A stretch of 32,435 nucleotides of DNA from a virus (IMGVR_UViG_3300036853_000145:1-32435), one strand, 5' to 3'. Shown: positions 17,297 to 25,922, counted from the first letter of the stretch. Notes: a model not told the origin generated them from the letters alone. A program made the numbers and translations.

Positions 17297-18661
17297 ATGG
17301 CGTGGCGCTTCGACGCGAGCACGGACACGATCATCGTTCCCGGGTTTTCCGGTGCCACGGCAACGATCCTCATCGCCGCCAAGCGGGTAGTGGACCTGGG
17401 CAACTACTCGAACGTCTGGATCGTGCACGCCAACTCGGGCGGCACCGGGTCGACGCGCGCCGGGCTGGGTACCGACGTCGGCGGCGACACCATGACGCTG
17501 TTCGACTCGGCGTTCCTGACCCAGACCGGCCCGACCATGACCACCGGCACTTGGTACTACTTCGCCGCCGTCATGTCCTCGACCAGCTGGACGCTCTACT
17601 ACGGGACCAACCCGGCCAGCCTCACCACCGTCGGGCCGAACACCCGGACCGCGCTGTCTTCGCCGGGGTCTTTCACGCTCGGCGACGCCACCGAGTGGTG
17701 GTCGGGCGACATGGCGAACCTGAAGGTCTACACCCGGGCCCTGACGCTGTCCGAGTGTCAGGCCGAACTGGCCACGGCCTCGGTGGTCGACTCGACCAGC
17801 CTGATTCGCCATCACACGATGGACACCGTCACGATGGTCCCGGACGCCGGGTCCGCCGGGACGAACATGACGGCGGGGTCCACGGCGGTCGCAGCGGTGA
17901 CCGGGCCGTACTCGACCACCATCACCGGCGCCCTGGCCGGCTCGGCCCCGCAGGCCACCGGTGCTCTTGCCGCCACCCAGAAGACCAACGGCGCCCTGGC
18001 CGGTACCGCACCGCAGGCCACGGGTGCGGTCGCCGGCATCGAGAGGACCAACGGCGCGGTCGCCGGCTCGGCCCCGGTCCCGACCGGGGCCCTGGTCGCC
18101 ACGCAGAAGACGCTGGCCGCCCTGGCCGGCGCGGTGGCCCAGTCCACCGGTGCGCTGGTCGCCACGCAGCGCACAGCCGGCGCGGTGGCCGGTTCCGCAC
18201 CGGTGGCGGTGGGTGGACTGCCCGCGACCCAGACGGACCCGGGCGCGGTGGCCGGGTCCGTCCCGCAGAGCACCGGGGCGCTGGCCGGTGCTCTGGTGAA
18301 CCCGGCCGTGTTCGCCGGCTCGGCCCCGCACCCCACCATCGCGCTGGTCGGCGACCTCCCGGGCATGGCCCGGACCGGCACGGTGGCCGGGGTGGCGCCG
18401 AGTGCAACCGGCGCCTTGACCGGCACGGCCCCGGTCGTGGGTGCGTTCGCTGGCTCGGCCCCGCACGCGCGCGGGGACCTGACCAACTATGCGGTCACCG
18501 TGTGGACCCGCCCGCCCCGGGCCGGCGCCATCGGCCTCACCCTGGGTACCGGCCCGCGCGCGGGCGGCACCGCGACGATCGAGACCGGGCCGGCGGCGGG
18601 TACCTCCGCTGTGGTGGGCACCGGGCCCAGGACTGGAGCAGCAGCGGTGATCACCACATGA
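17297..18661 (+). CDS. tail fibre-like protein: LamG/ConA-like domain plus ~21-aa Gly/Ala repeats
   Basis: GTWYYFAAV, LYYG and GDMANLKVYTRALT.SE motifs; repeats of GALAGSAPQATGAL; SD GGGAGG. Confidence 0.75.
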   Translation: MAWRFDASTDTIIVPGFSGATATILIAAKRVVDLGNYSNVWIVHANSGGTGSTRAGLGTDVGGDTMTLFDSAFLTQTGPTMTTGTWYYFAAVMSSTSWTLYYGTNPASLTTVGPNTRTALSSPGSFTLGDATEWWSGDMANLKVYTRALTLSECQAELATASVVDSTSLIRHHTMDTVTMVPDAGSAGTNMTAGSTAVAAVTGPYSTTITGALAGSAPQATGALAATQKTNGALAGTAPQATGAVAGIERTNGAVAGSAPVPTGALVATQKTLAALAGAVAQSTGALVATQRTAGAVAGSAPVAVGGLPATQTDPGAVAGSVPQSTGALAGALVNPAVFAGSAPHPTIALVGDLPGMARTGTVAGVAPSATGALTGTAPVVGAFAGSAPHARGDLTNYAVTVWTRPPRAGAIGLTLGTGPRAGGTATIETGPAAGTSAVVGTGPRTGAAAVITT

Positions 18662-19212
18662 TCGACCCGGTAGCGGCGGACGTGCTCCGCTGGACGAACG
18701 GGGGTCTCGCGCTGACGCTGATGGCGCTGGCCGGGTTCGCCATCGTGGTCTCGGAGTTCTGGGACCAGCGGACACGGTTCGGGCTGTTCGCCGCGTTCGG
18801 GGCCCTGCTGACGGCGGGCCACCTGTCCGCGCTCGGGGACCCGGGAAGCTACCGGCTCCCGATCCTGACCGTGATCATCATCCTGGCCGTGATCAGCACG
18901 GCCGCCTACGTCCGCCGGGAGTGGGCCCTATTCCGAGCACGCAGCACGATGCACTACACCGCAGGAGGTCCGAACCGTGACGCCAGAGCTGGCCACGTCC
19001 CTGTTTCAGGGCCTGGCCCTGCTGCTGGGAGCACTGGGAATCTCGGCGGGGGCACGAGTGCGGCGGTCGGCGATCTCTCGCAAGGAGTGGCGCCACCGAG
19101 AGAAGATCATTCTGGCCTGGGCGGCACACGCCTTCCGACTGGAGGAGATTCTGAGTTCCCGGGGTATCCCGGTGCCGGCCAGACCGAAGATCCTGGAGCC
19201 CCCCGACGATGA
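18658..19212 (+). CDS. multi-pass membrane protein, holin candidate
   Basis: ATGA overlap; about 3 hydrophobic segments in the first ~85 aa; the frame runs on to 19212. Confidence 0.55.
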   Translation: MIDPVAADVLRWTNGGLALTLMALAGFAIVVSEFWDQRTRFGLFAAFGALLTAGHLSALGDPGSYRLPILTVIIILAVISTAAYVRREWALFRARSTMHYTAGGPNRDARAGHVPVSGPGPAAGSTGNLGGGTSAAVGDLSQGVAPPREDHSGLGGTRLPTGGDSEFPGYPGAGQTEDPGAPRR

Positions 19213-19249
19213 CGGCGACGATGCTTCCGCGCCCGCACAGGCAAGTTAG
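18977..19249 (+). CDS. single-TM membrane protein of the lysis region
   Basis: SD AGGAGG; N-terminal TM, then [15 protein letters not shown]. Confidence 0.7.
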   Translation: MTPELATSLFQGLALLLGALGISAGARVRRSAISRKEWRHREKIILAWAAHAFRLEEILSSRGIPVPARPKILEPPDDDGDDASAPAQAS

Positions 19250-19853
19250 GCCGCTCTCACCGTGGCTGCTGCCCGGGGCCCTGGTCCTGGTCGCCGTGGC
19301 CGTGAGCGCGCTCGGTTTCTCGGTGGGGGACCGGGCGAGCACGGCCGAGCAGGCCAAGGTCCAGACCGATCAGGTGGTCAACACCGTGACCGCCGAGCGC
19401 GACGCCACGGCCGGACAGGCGGTAGACCTGGCCACCCTGGTCCGTGATCGCTGTGAAGCCGGCGCCATCGGCGACACCGACGTGTGCTCGGCGGCGGCGG
19501 TGGTCCAGGCCGCGCCGGTGCCTGCTGTGCCGGGCCCTCCCGGTGACCCGGGCACCCCTGGTGCTGCGGGTCCGACCGGCGCAGCTGGCACCACCCCGCC
19601 GTGCCTGTTCCTGCCGTCCCAATGCGTCGGCCCGCCCGGCCCGCCAGGACCACCAGGGCGCGACGGGGCCGACTCCACGGTGCCTGGCCCGCCCGGGGCT
19701 GACTCCACGGTGCCCGGCCCGCAGGGGCCGCCCGGACGTGACGGGGCCGACTCCACGGTGCCCGGTCCGCAGGGCCCGCCCGGCCCGCCAGGACCGCCCG
19801 GGGTCGACGGCGCCCAGTCCGGCTTCACCGAGGCACCGCCTGCGGACTCCTGA
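19209..19853 (+). CDS. membrane-anchored collagen-like protein
   Basis: N-terminal TM, Cys pairs, Gly-X-Y repeats with GADSTVPGP three times. The start could be ATG 19221. Confidence 0.75.
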   Translation: MTATMLPRPHRQVRPLSPWLLPGALVLVAVAVSALGFSVGDRASTAEQAKVQTDQVVNTVTAERDATAGQAVDLATLVRDRCEAGAIGDTDVCSAAAVVQAAPVPAVPGPPGDPGTPGAAGPTGAAGTTPPCLFLPSQCVGPPGPPGPPGRDGADSTVPGPPGADSTVPGPQGPPGRDGADSTVPGPQGPPGPPGPPGVDGAQSGFTEAPPADS

Positions 19854-20287
19854 TGTTCCCGACCCCGCTGGAGATCCTGATGGCCTGGACCCTAAATCTC
19901 CGGCGCCGACTGCTGGCGCCGGTGCTCGAAGCGATCGACGAGATGGAGACACGACTCATGACCCGTGCAGATGAGCTGGTGGCCCGGCTGAACGACGCCA
20001 CCAACGAACTGGCCAGCGACCTGCGCGACCTGCGCTCGGCACTGGAGGAGGCCACGGCCGGCTCGGACAGCAAGGTGGCCCAGGCCGTCAACGCGGCCCT
20101 GGACGGTTTCGAGGGCCCGATCTCGGCCCTTGAGGCCATGGGCGCCGACCAGTCCGCGCCGGTGCCGGACGGGCCGGCTGGCCCGGGACCGAGCGATGGC
20201 GGCGACGGCATCCCGGCCGGGCCGACCACCCCGGCCGATGAGCCCGACACCGAGCCCGGCGACGGGCAGCTCCCGAACGACCAGTAG
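19853..20287 (+). CDS. hypothetical coiled-coil protein, last gene of the + operon
   Basis: TGATG coupling; GC3 bias. Confidence 0.7.
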   Translation: MFPTPLEILMAWTLNLRRRLLAPVLEAIDEMETRLMTRADELVARLNDATNELASDLRDLRSALEEATAGSDSKVAQAVNAALDGFEGPISALEAMGADQSAPVPDGPAGPGPSDGGDGIPAGPTTPADEPDTEPGDGQLPNDQ

Positions 20288-20337
20288 GGCAAGCGTCACC
20301 TGGTGGATCATGTACTACCGGCCGTAGTATCGGCGCC

Positions 20338-20414
20338 GTGGTTCTGTCTACTCCCAGGTGATCGAATCCCACAGCGAAGGGCCCCCCGGATTCCGGGGGG
20401 CCCTTCGTGTTGTG
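20338..20414 (+). ncRNA. candidate trans-acting small RNA antisense to the CCTGGGAG ribosome-binding regions
   Basis: -10-like TAGTAT at 20325-20330; seed GTTCTGTCTACTCCCAGGTGATCG at 20341-20364; terminator 20375-20407; no credible ORF. Ends are estimated. Confidence 0.55.
20375..20407. terminator. probable bidirectional terminator between the two genome arms, perfect 15-bp stem
   Basis: CGAAGGGCCCCCCGG-ATT-CCGGGGGGCCCTTCG followed by TGTTGTG. Confidence 0.85.
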
Positions 20415-20420
20415 CGGGGA

Positions 20421-20804
20421 TCAGATCCACTTCTCGTACTCGGCCAGCCGGCGCAGGGCCGCCGCCCGCCGGGCCTCCGTCTCGCCGGCCAGCTTGGCGT
20501 CCAGCGCCTTGACCCAGTCCGGCAGTTCGGGCGCCCGCTGGAGACCGGTCTCCAGGTCGCGGACCCGGGCGAACGCGGCATCGGCCTGGCTACCCAGCTC
20601 GCTGAGCTGGACTTCCAGGTCGGACACCTCGCCCTCGGCCTCTTCGGCACGCTCGACCAGCCGCAGCTCCCGGTCGCGGTGCAACTCGCGCTCGGCAGTC
20701 AGCTCGGCTTCCAGCTGGTCCAGCGCCTCGCCGAAGCGCTGCTGTGCGGCGCGGGCCTCGACCAGGGCTTGGCCCAAGGCATCGGTGAAGTGGTACGTAG
20801 CCAT
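20421..20804 (-). CDS. hypothetical coiled-coil protein
   Basis: SD/motif variant CCTGAGGAG; ends at the terminator. Confidence 0.75.
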   Translation of the reverse strand: MATYHFTDALGQALVEARAAQQRFGEALDQLEAELTAERELHRDRELRLVERAEEAEGEVSDLEVQLSELGSQADAAFARVRDLETGLQRAPELPDWVKALDAKLAGETEARRAAALRRLAEYEKWI

Positions 20805-20857
20805 GTTCGTCTCCTCAGGTGAAGGGGCCGGGGCCCGATCGGGCCCCGGCCGGTCGT

Positions 20858-21121
20858 TCAGCGCTCCAGCAGCTCCCAGAAGCGGCGCTCGTCATCGTCC
20901 TGGCAGTAGACGGCCTCCTCGGCCCTCTCTGCCGCAGCGGCGGCCTCAGCGATCGCCAGAGCCTGCGCGGGGTTCGGCTGGTCCATCTGTCCTCCCAGGG
21001 ACGGGGCCCAGGCCACGCGGCTGGTGTCCAGCTGCGCGCCCGGCCAGAAGTGGAAGCCCCTGATCGGCGCCGGGGAGACCAGCAGGACCACCAGCGCCAG
21101 GACCAGGAGCAACTTCGTCAT
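20858..21121 (-). CDS. hypothetical protein with hydrophobic N-terminus; internal second start at 20986
   Basis: Leaderless ATG 6 nt after the -10 of P2; in-frame ATG 20986 has CCTGGGAGG upstream. Confidence 0.6.
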   Translation of the reverse strand: MTKLLLVLALVVLLVSPAPIRGFHFWPGAQLDTSRVAWAPSLGGQMDQPNPAQALAIAEAAAAAERAEEAVYCQDDDERRFWELLER

Positions 21122-21165
21122 GGGAGAAGACTAACCCATGGGAGAGAGCCCGCGCAACCCATGGG
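21122..21165 (-). promoter_or_regulatory. paired-palindrome promoter P2 (identical to P1)
   Basis: CCCATGGG at 21158-21165 and 21135-21142; -35 TTGCGC; -10 TAGTCT. Confidence 0.8.
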
Positions 21166-22698
21166 TCACTCGTCCTCGAACGGCTCCAGGAGATGCCGCA
21201 CCAGGTGCGCGTAGGCATCGGGCAGATCGTCGTGGACCAGCGCCAGAGAGCCCCACATCTGGAGGTCGGTCTCGGTCTCGGGCAGGCGTTGGGAGTGCCA
21301 GACCTGCTCCTCTTCGGCGAAGTACAGCGCGCGGGCGATCCGATCCATCTTCGACATACGCCCGGCCGCGTGCACCTCCAGCTCGACGCCCGGCGGCAAG
21401 ATCGGCTCGATGACCCCGATCCACAGCGCCGAGCCCTGGTTCCCCTCCACGCGGACCTTGCGGATCGCCGGGTTCGCCGCCAGGTGCCGCTTCACCCGCT
21501 CGGCCAGCTGGCCCGGCGTGGTCCGGAACTTCGAGCCGTGCAGGATCACCGCGCGGGCCTTGGGGATGGCGAGACTGGCCGGCACCAGGCCGCCGACCAC
21601 CAGCGCCGTGTAGTCCGAGGTCGGGTCCGCCGTCGGGGCCGGGTCAATTTGCATGACCAGCGGCTTGCCGTCCAGCCATTCCAGCCCGCCGTAGCGGAAC
21701 GTCTCGGGCTTCCAGTTGTGCCCGCCCGGCAGCGGCGGCCAGCCGGCGAAGTTCAGGAGGTAGTTCAGCGTGTGCTCGATGCGCTCCAGGTAGCCCAGCG
21801 CGTAGCGCTGGGGCCAGAAGCTGCGCCGCACACCCGTGGCCGGGTCTTCCTGGATCGCCGGCACGTAGTGCACGGTGAAGTGCTCGTCATCGATCCACTG
21901 TTCCTGGCGGCCCTCCCGGCGGGCCTTGCGCGCCACCGCGTGCATGATCGAGTCGTACATGGTCACGGTGCCCATCAGCACCACGGCGGCCTGCTCGTTC
22001 ATCGGCAACACGGTGTTAAGCAGGGTCTCCAGGCGCTTCTTGCGCGCGGCCACGGAGTAGTTCGAGGCATCGGGCTCGATGTCGTCGCACACCAGCCCGT
22101 CGGGCCGCTTGCCGCCGATGTTGAGCCCGAGCATCCGGGTATTCATCCCGCGCACGGCGAAGATCGCCCCACCGCGCGCGGTGTAGGTGTCCTGCGAGTC
22201 CCGGGCCCCGCGCGTGCCGATGCGCGGCGGGGCCATGTCCGGGAAGTCGCGCAGCAGGACGCCGTTCGAACCAACCTCGTTCCGGAACGTGGCCATGGCC
22301 AGCCGGGCCTGATCGCTGGAGTCCGAGAGCCAGCCGAAGAACCGGCGGTGCCCGTGGCACAGCGCCCACAGCACCAGGATCACGGTCCACGTCGTCTTGG
22401 CCGCACCGCGCGGGGCCACCCAGGCGTCCCGGCACGCGCCCGGCCGGGACCACTTCGCCGCTGCCTTGGCCATGGCGAAGTGGTGCTCGGCGAGGCTGGA
22501 CACGTTGCCCGTCTCCGGGCTGCGGAGCAGGTGCGGCAGGTACACCAGGGCGAAGCGCACCGGCGACCACCGGGTGACGTCCCGACGGAACTGGCCGTTC
22601 ACCTCGATGGCCGGTGTCCACTCGCCCTGGTACCGCTCGGTCACGGTCCAGGGCTCGAACAGTGCGTCTCGGTCGACGGTCGCCGGCAGCGCGATCAC
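21166..22698 (-). CDS. terL: terminase large subunit
   Basis: Walker A APRGAAKTT, Walker B LVCDDIE, motif LMGT, nuclease acidic residues MQIDPA...SDYTA and HDDLPDA. Confidence 0.9.
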   Translation of the reverse strand: MIALPATVDRDALFEPWTVTERYQGEWTPAIEVNGQFRRDVTRWSPVRFALVYLPHLLRSPETGNVSSLAEHHFAMAKAAAKWSRPGACRDAWVAPRGAAKTTWTVILVLWALCHGHRRFFGWLSDSSDQARLAMATFRNEVGSNGVLLRDFPDMAPPRIGTRGARDSQDTYTARGGAIFAVRGMNTRMLGLNIGGKRPDGLVCDDIEPDASNYSVAARKKRLETLLNTVLPMNEQAAVVLMGTVTMYDSIMHAVARKARREGRQEQWIDDEHFTVHYVPAIQEDPATGVRRSFWPQRYALGYLERIEHTLNYLLNFAGWPPLPGGHNWKPETFRYGGLEWLDGKPLVMQIDPAPTADPTSDYTALVVGGLVPASLAIPKARAVILHGSKFRTTPGQLAERVKRHLAANPAIRKVRVEGNQGSALWIGVIEPILPPGVELEVHAAGRMSKMDRIARALYFAEEEQVWHSQRLPETETDLQMWGSLALVHDDLPDAYAHLVRHLLEPFEDE

Positions 22699-23978
22699 GA
22701 CGGGCTCTCCTGCCCGAGTTCGCCGGTCCGGTCGGTGGCCTGCTCGGCGCGGTGCGCCCGCTCGTTCGCCGCGCGGGCCATCTCGACCAGTGCGGCGTTC
22801 TTCCGGTCCGCGTCGGCCAGCTCGGCCCGTGCTTCGTCCCGCTCGGCGATGACGTGCTCGGTGTGCTCGCGCATCTTCACGGCGGCCTTGACCCGGTCGA
22901 TCAGCGGTCCGGCAGAGCGTCGGGGGCCGATTTCGGGGATCGAGTTCAGGACGCTACGCAGCTCTGCGTGGTTGCGCTTCTCGGCCTGGAGTTCGGCCAC
23001 CACGCGCCGGGCCACCTCCAGCGCGGTGTTGCGCAGCTCCTGCGGGTCCATCTCGTCGTAACCCGGTGCCCAGTTCCCGAGCACCCGCAGGACGTCCTTC
23101 AGTCCGTCCGGCGCGTCACCCCGGGCAAGCCGGCCCTGGAGCTGGCGCACGGTCTGGCGGGCCTCGGCCAGCTCGCGCTCCCGGAGCTGGAGGGTCTGGG
23201 CCCGCTTCTCGGCCAGCTCGGCGGCGGCGGCCCGGTTCGTCTCCAGGTTCTCGATCGTGGCGCCGCGCTTCCGCACGACGTCTGCCAAGTGGTCGGCGTC
23301 CTGCTCGGCCTTCCGGCGGGCTTGCTCGATCGCGCGCACGGCGCCCATGGGCATAGCATCGCCGCGCCCGACCGGGCTGTCCGCCGGGTCGGCGTCGTAG
23401 CGCGCGGCGACCAGCCCCCGCAGGGCCTGCGCCCCGCTGGCCAGGGCCCGCAGGATGTTGCCCGAACTGCGCTGGGCCACCGGCTCGGGCACGGTGGTCG
23501 GTTCCACCATCAGCTCGGCCAGCAGCTCGGCCGCGCCCTCCAGGTCGGCCGCTACGCGGTCCGCGACGTCCCCGGGCCCCTCGTCCAGGCTGGCCGCCTC
23601 CGGGGCGCTCCAGCCCTTCCAGGCCGACACCATGGGCGGCGCAGGGTCGACCTGGAAGTCCTCCGGCGAGAAGGCACGGGGGTCCAGCGGCGGGATCTCC
23701 TCGGCCATCAGCGCGGCCAGGCGCGGCTTCTCGTCATCCTCCGGGGTCAGGGCCTCCCAGAGCTTCACGGACTCGGCGATGGCCAGCTCGGCGCGCAGGG
23801 CGGTCAGCTCGCGCCCCTCGGCCGCGCTGGGATTGAACCGGGGATCGGTCATCATCTCGTGCCCGGCGCCGTACGCGGCAGCACGGTGTTCATCGTCGAC
23901 GCGCCCGTTGCTGGCTCGCAGCGCGTCCGTCCAGGCCAGCACGTTCACCCGGACGTCGTTCCACTTGCTCTTGCTCAT
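22695..23978 (-). CDS. hypothetical coiled-coil protein, 427 aa
   Basis: ATG 23978 with GGGAG SD and ATGA coupling; the ORF-track extension to 24281 overlaps the upstream gene. Confidence 0.7.
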   Translation of the reverse strand: MSKSKWNDVRVNVLAWTDALRASNGRVDDEHRAAAYGAGHEMMTDPRFNPSAAEGRELTALRAELAIAESVKLWEALTPEDDEKPRLAALMAEEIPPLDPRAFSPEDFQVDPAPPMVSAWKGWSAPEAASLDEGPGDVADRVAADLEGAAELLAELMVEPTTVPEPVAQRSSGNILRALASGAQALRGLVAARYDADPADSPVGRGDAMPMGAVRAIEQARRKAEQDADHLADVVRKRGATIENLETNRAAAAELAEKRAQTLQLRERELAEARQTVRQLQGRLARGDAPDGLKDVLRVLGNWAPGYDEMDPQELRNTALEVARRVVAELQAEKRNHAELRSVLNSIPEIGPRRSAGPLIDRVKAAVKMREHTEHVIAERDEARAELADADRKNAALVEMARAANERAHRAEQATDRTGELGQESPS

Positions 23979-24436
23979 GATCCACTCCCGGTGTCGTCGT
24001 CGATCGCCGCACGATCGCGCGCGGCGATCGCATGCGCCTCGCGGATGGCCCGGATCATCTCGGGGTCCGGGCGCGGCTCGTCGGTGTGCAGCGTGACCGT
24101 GGTCGGCGCGTACCCACCGTGGATCTTCAGAATCTCGCGGACCACGGTCACCACGACCGGGGCCACCTTCTCGAACTCGGCGCCCTTCTCGTCCAGGCGC
24201 TGGAGCCCGCGCGCCTTCAGTTCTTCGAGCAGGCCGGTCGCGTCGGCCACGATCTCGGCCCGGTTGTAGGCCGGCACCCACTGCTCGGCGTGCTCGAAGA
24301 TCCGCACGTAGCTGCGCGCGGTCTCCGTGGAGACCCCGAGCGCGCGGGCGATGTCGGCCAGGTAGGCACCGTCACGGCGCATCAGGCCGGCGCGGGCGAC
24401 CTTGCGCGGGTCGGGCGCCGGACGTCCCCCGGGCAT
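23975..24436 (-). CDS. HTH protein, probable terminase small subunit
   Basis: HTH (GAYLADIARALGVSTETARSYV), helical core, then KIHGGYAP resembling the LLG.DAP ending of TerS-like proteins; upstream of terL. Confidence 0.6.
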   Translation of the reverse strand: MPGGRPAPDPRKVARAGLMRRDGAYLADIARALGVSTETARSYVRIFEHAEQWVPAYNRAEIVADATGLLEELKARGLQRLDEKGAEFEKVAPVVVTVVREILKIHGGYAPTTVTLHTDEPRPDPEMIRAIREAHAIAARDRAAIDDDTGSGS

Positions 24437-24642
24437 CACGGACCCCCGTGGCCAAGTCGGTCGCCGATGACGTCGGTGACACCCTCCATCGCGTCAACGA
24501 AGGTCCGCAGCTCGAACGCGGTCGAGTCGTTGATCAGATCGGCCAGGTGGTCGTCATCGCCGTTCAGGGCGGCGATCAGGGCGTGCGTCTCGGCGTAGGG
24601 CCCGACGTCGGGGCCGCAGCGATCGCAGCTGTTGGTCTGCAT
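24436..24642 (-). CDS. small hypothetical protein (CxxC)
   Basis: ATG 24642 with CCTGGGAG 8 nt upstream. Confidence 0.65.
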   Translation of the reverse strand: MQTNSCDRCGPDVGPYAETHALIAALNGDDDHLADLINDSTAFELRTFVDAMEGVTDVIGDRLGHGGP

Positions 24643-24706
24643 TTCGTCCACTCCCAGGGACACGGACGGCCGGACCCGGTAGGGGCCCGGCCGTCACGGA
24701 TCGGTA

Positions 24707-24874
24707 TCAGGCGCGCTTGCGGCGCCTCTTCACGGTCGGGTTGCTGTTGGTGGCCACGGCCTTCTGCAGCCGGGTCGGGCGCCCGGTCGTGGCTTCCTTG
24801 ACGGCGGCCTGGTGCGTGCAGAAGCCCTGCTCGAACCCGGACCCGCACCAGCACTTGCGCTTGAAGATCCCCAC
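24707..24874 (-). CDS. small basic protein with SEC-C-like motif (CWCGSG...C.H)
   Basis: GTG 24874 (or 24880) with AGGAG SD. Confidence 0.6.
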   Translation of the reverse strand: MGIFKRKCWCGSGFEQGFCTHQAAVKEATTGRPTRLQKAVATNSNPTVKRRRKRA

Positions 24875-24876
24875 GG

Positions 24877-25152
24877 TCACATCTCCTGCTCGGGACGGTC
24901 GGCGTACGGGTCCGCGTAGGCGCGGGTCGCCCGCCCCTGCGCGGCCAGCATCGTCCGACGGTTCTCCTGGGCGGCGTACATGCGCGCCGCCCAGGCGCTG
25001 GACCCCGCAGCGAACAGCGCTGCGCCGATGGCCCACAGCCACAGGCTCAGCCCGAGCGCGACCACGGCGACCAGGGCCGCCACGGCCGACAGGCTCAGGG
25101 CCGCCAGACGGACCCGGGCCTGTTCGACGTCCAGGTGATCGCGCTCGGTCAT
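24877..25152 (-). CDS. two-TM membrane protein
   Basis: Hydrophobic stretch; SD GAGGAG. Confidence 0.7.
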   Translation of the reverse strand: MTERDHLDVEQARVRLAALSLSAVAALVAVVALGLSLWLWAIGAALFAAGSSAWAARMYAAQENRRTMLAAQGRATRAYADPYADRPEQEM

Positions 25153-25155
25153 GGC

Positions 25156-25377
25156 CTACTCCTCGGTACTCGGGGCGCGCCGCACCGGTGGCGGCGGCGC
25201 CGGGATGTCGTGCTGTTCGCGCAGCTGGGCAGCGGCCTTACGGATGCGGCCCACCTCCGCGCGCTGGCGCCGGGTGCCGGCACCCTCGTTCAGGTCGTCG
25301 GCGTAGTCGGCGAGCACGGCGGCGATCTCTTCGGAGTCGTCCGCGTCTCGCCACCACGGGTTGCTGACGTTCGGCAT
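25156..25377 (-). CDS. hypothetical protein
   Basis: CCTGGGAGG upstream. Confidence 0.7.
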   Translation of the reverse strand: MPNVSNPWWRDADDSEEIAAVLADYADDLNEGAGTRRQRAEVGRIRKAAAQLREQHDIPAPPPPVRRAPSTEE

Positions 25378-25413
25378 TGCTCTGTCCTCCCAGGACTTCG
25401 GTACTGCTCGGTC

Positions 25414-25878
25414 TTACTGGTCCGGGTGCTCGGCCAGGTTCAGCTCCGCTTCCACGGTGGCCAGGCGGTCGGCCAGGGCCTGCGTACGGGCGCCCAGGGC
25501 CTCCAGCGGGATGTTCAGATCACCGCCCAGGCGCTCCAGTTCCCCCTGAAGCCGGACGCGCTCGGCGCGCAGCCCCGAGACCCTGGCCCCGGTGCTGTAA
25601 GGCTCGGTCCGGGTCGCGCCGGAGGTCTGGCCCTTCCGGATGCGGAACAGGTGGCCGTCGCTGACCATCCCCGACGCCACCACTTCGGCGTGCGTCAGGT
25701 CGCCGTGGGCCAGGGCTTCACGGATCAGCTCGTCGCGCTGGCGCTTGAGTTCCTGGATCGCCGGCCAGGTGGTGCGGTCGTGGATCTCCCTGATGTCGTC
25801 CAGCGTGATCGGCACGCGGGCGACGCCAGCAGCGATGTCCTCCGGCGTCCGCCGGCCGGTCTCGTTGGTCGTCATCAT
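25414..25878 (-). CDS. HTH-like DNA-binding protein with C-terminal coiled coil
   Basis: QRDELIREALAHGDLTHAEVVASGMVSDGHLFRIRKG resembles an HTH; ATG 25878 lies 7 nt after the -10 of P3 (ATG 25875 is an alternative). Confidence 0.6.
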   Translation of the reverse strand: MMTTNETGRRTPEDIAAGVARVPITLDDIREIHDRTTWPAIQELKRQRDELIREALAHGDLTHAEVVASGMVSDGHLFRIRKGQTSGATRTEPYSTGARVSGLRAERVRLQGELERLGGDLNIPLEALGARTQALADRLATVEAELNLAEHPDQ

Positions 25879-25885
25879 GTCCTCC

Positions 25886-25922
25886 ACAGTAACCCATGGG
25901 AGCCCCGGCGCCTACCCATGGG
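25886..25922 (-). promoter_or_regulatory. paired-palindrome promoter P3
   Basis: CCCATGGG at 25915-25922 and 25893-25900; -35 TAGGCG; -10 TACTGT; 17-bp spacer. Confidence 0.75.

Noticed and set aside
19660-19800. Tandem DNA repeats as a regulatory or variable locus
   Set aside because: Fully explained by collagen Gly-X-Y coding repeats.
19892-20311. - strand ORF that might use the 20351 CCTGGGAG as its RBS
   Set aside because: The ATG is about 40 nt away versus 5-10 nt for the other exact copies; the ORF is antisense to a real gene and lies beyond the terminator for - strand transcription.
25879-25887. GTG 25887 as the start of the HTH gene
   Set aside because: It overlaps the predicted -10 hexamer of P3, so it would not be in the transcript.
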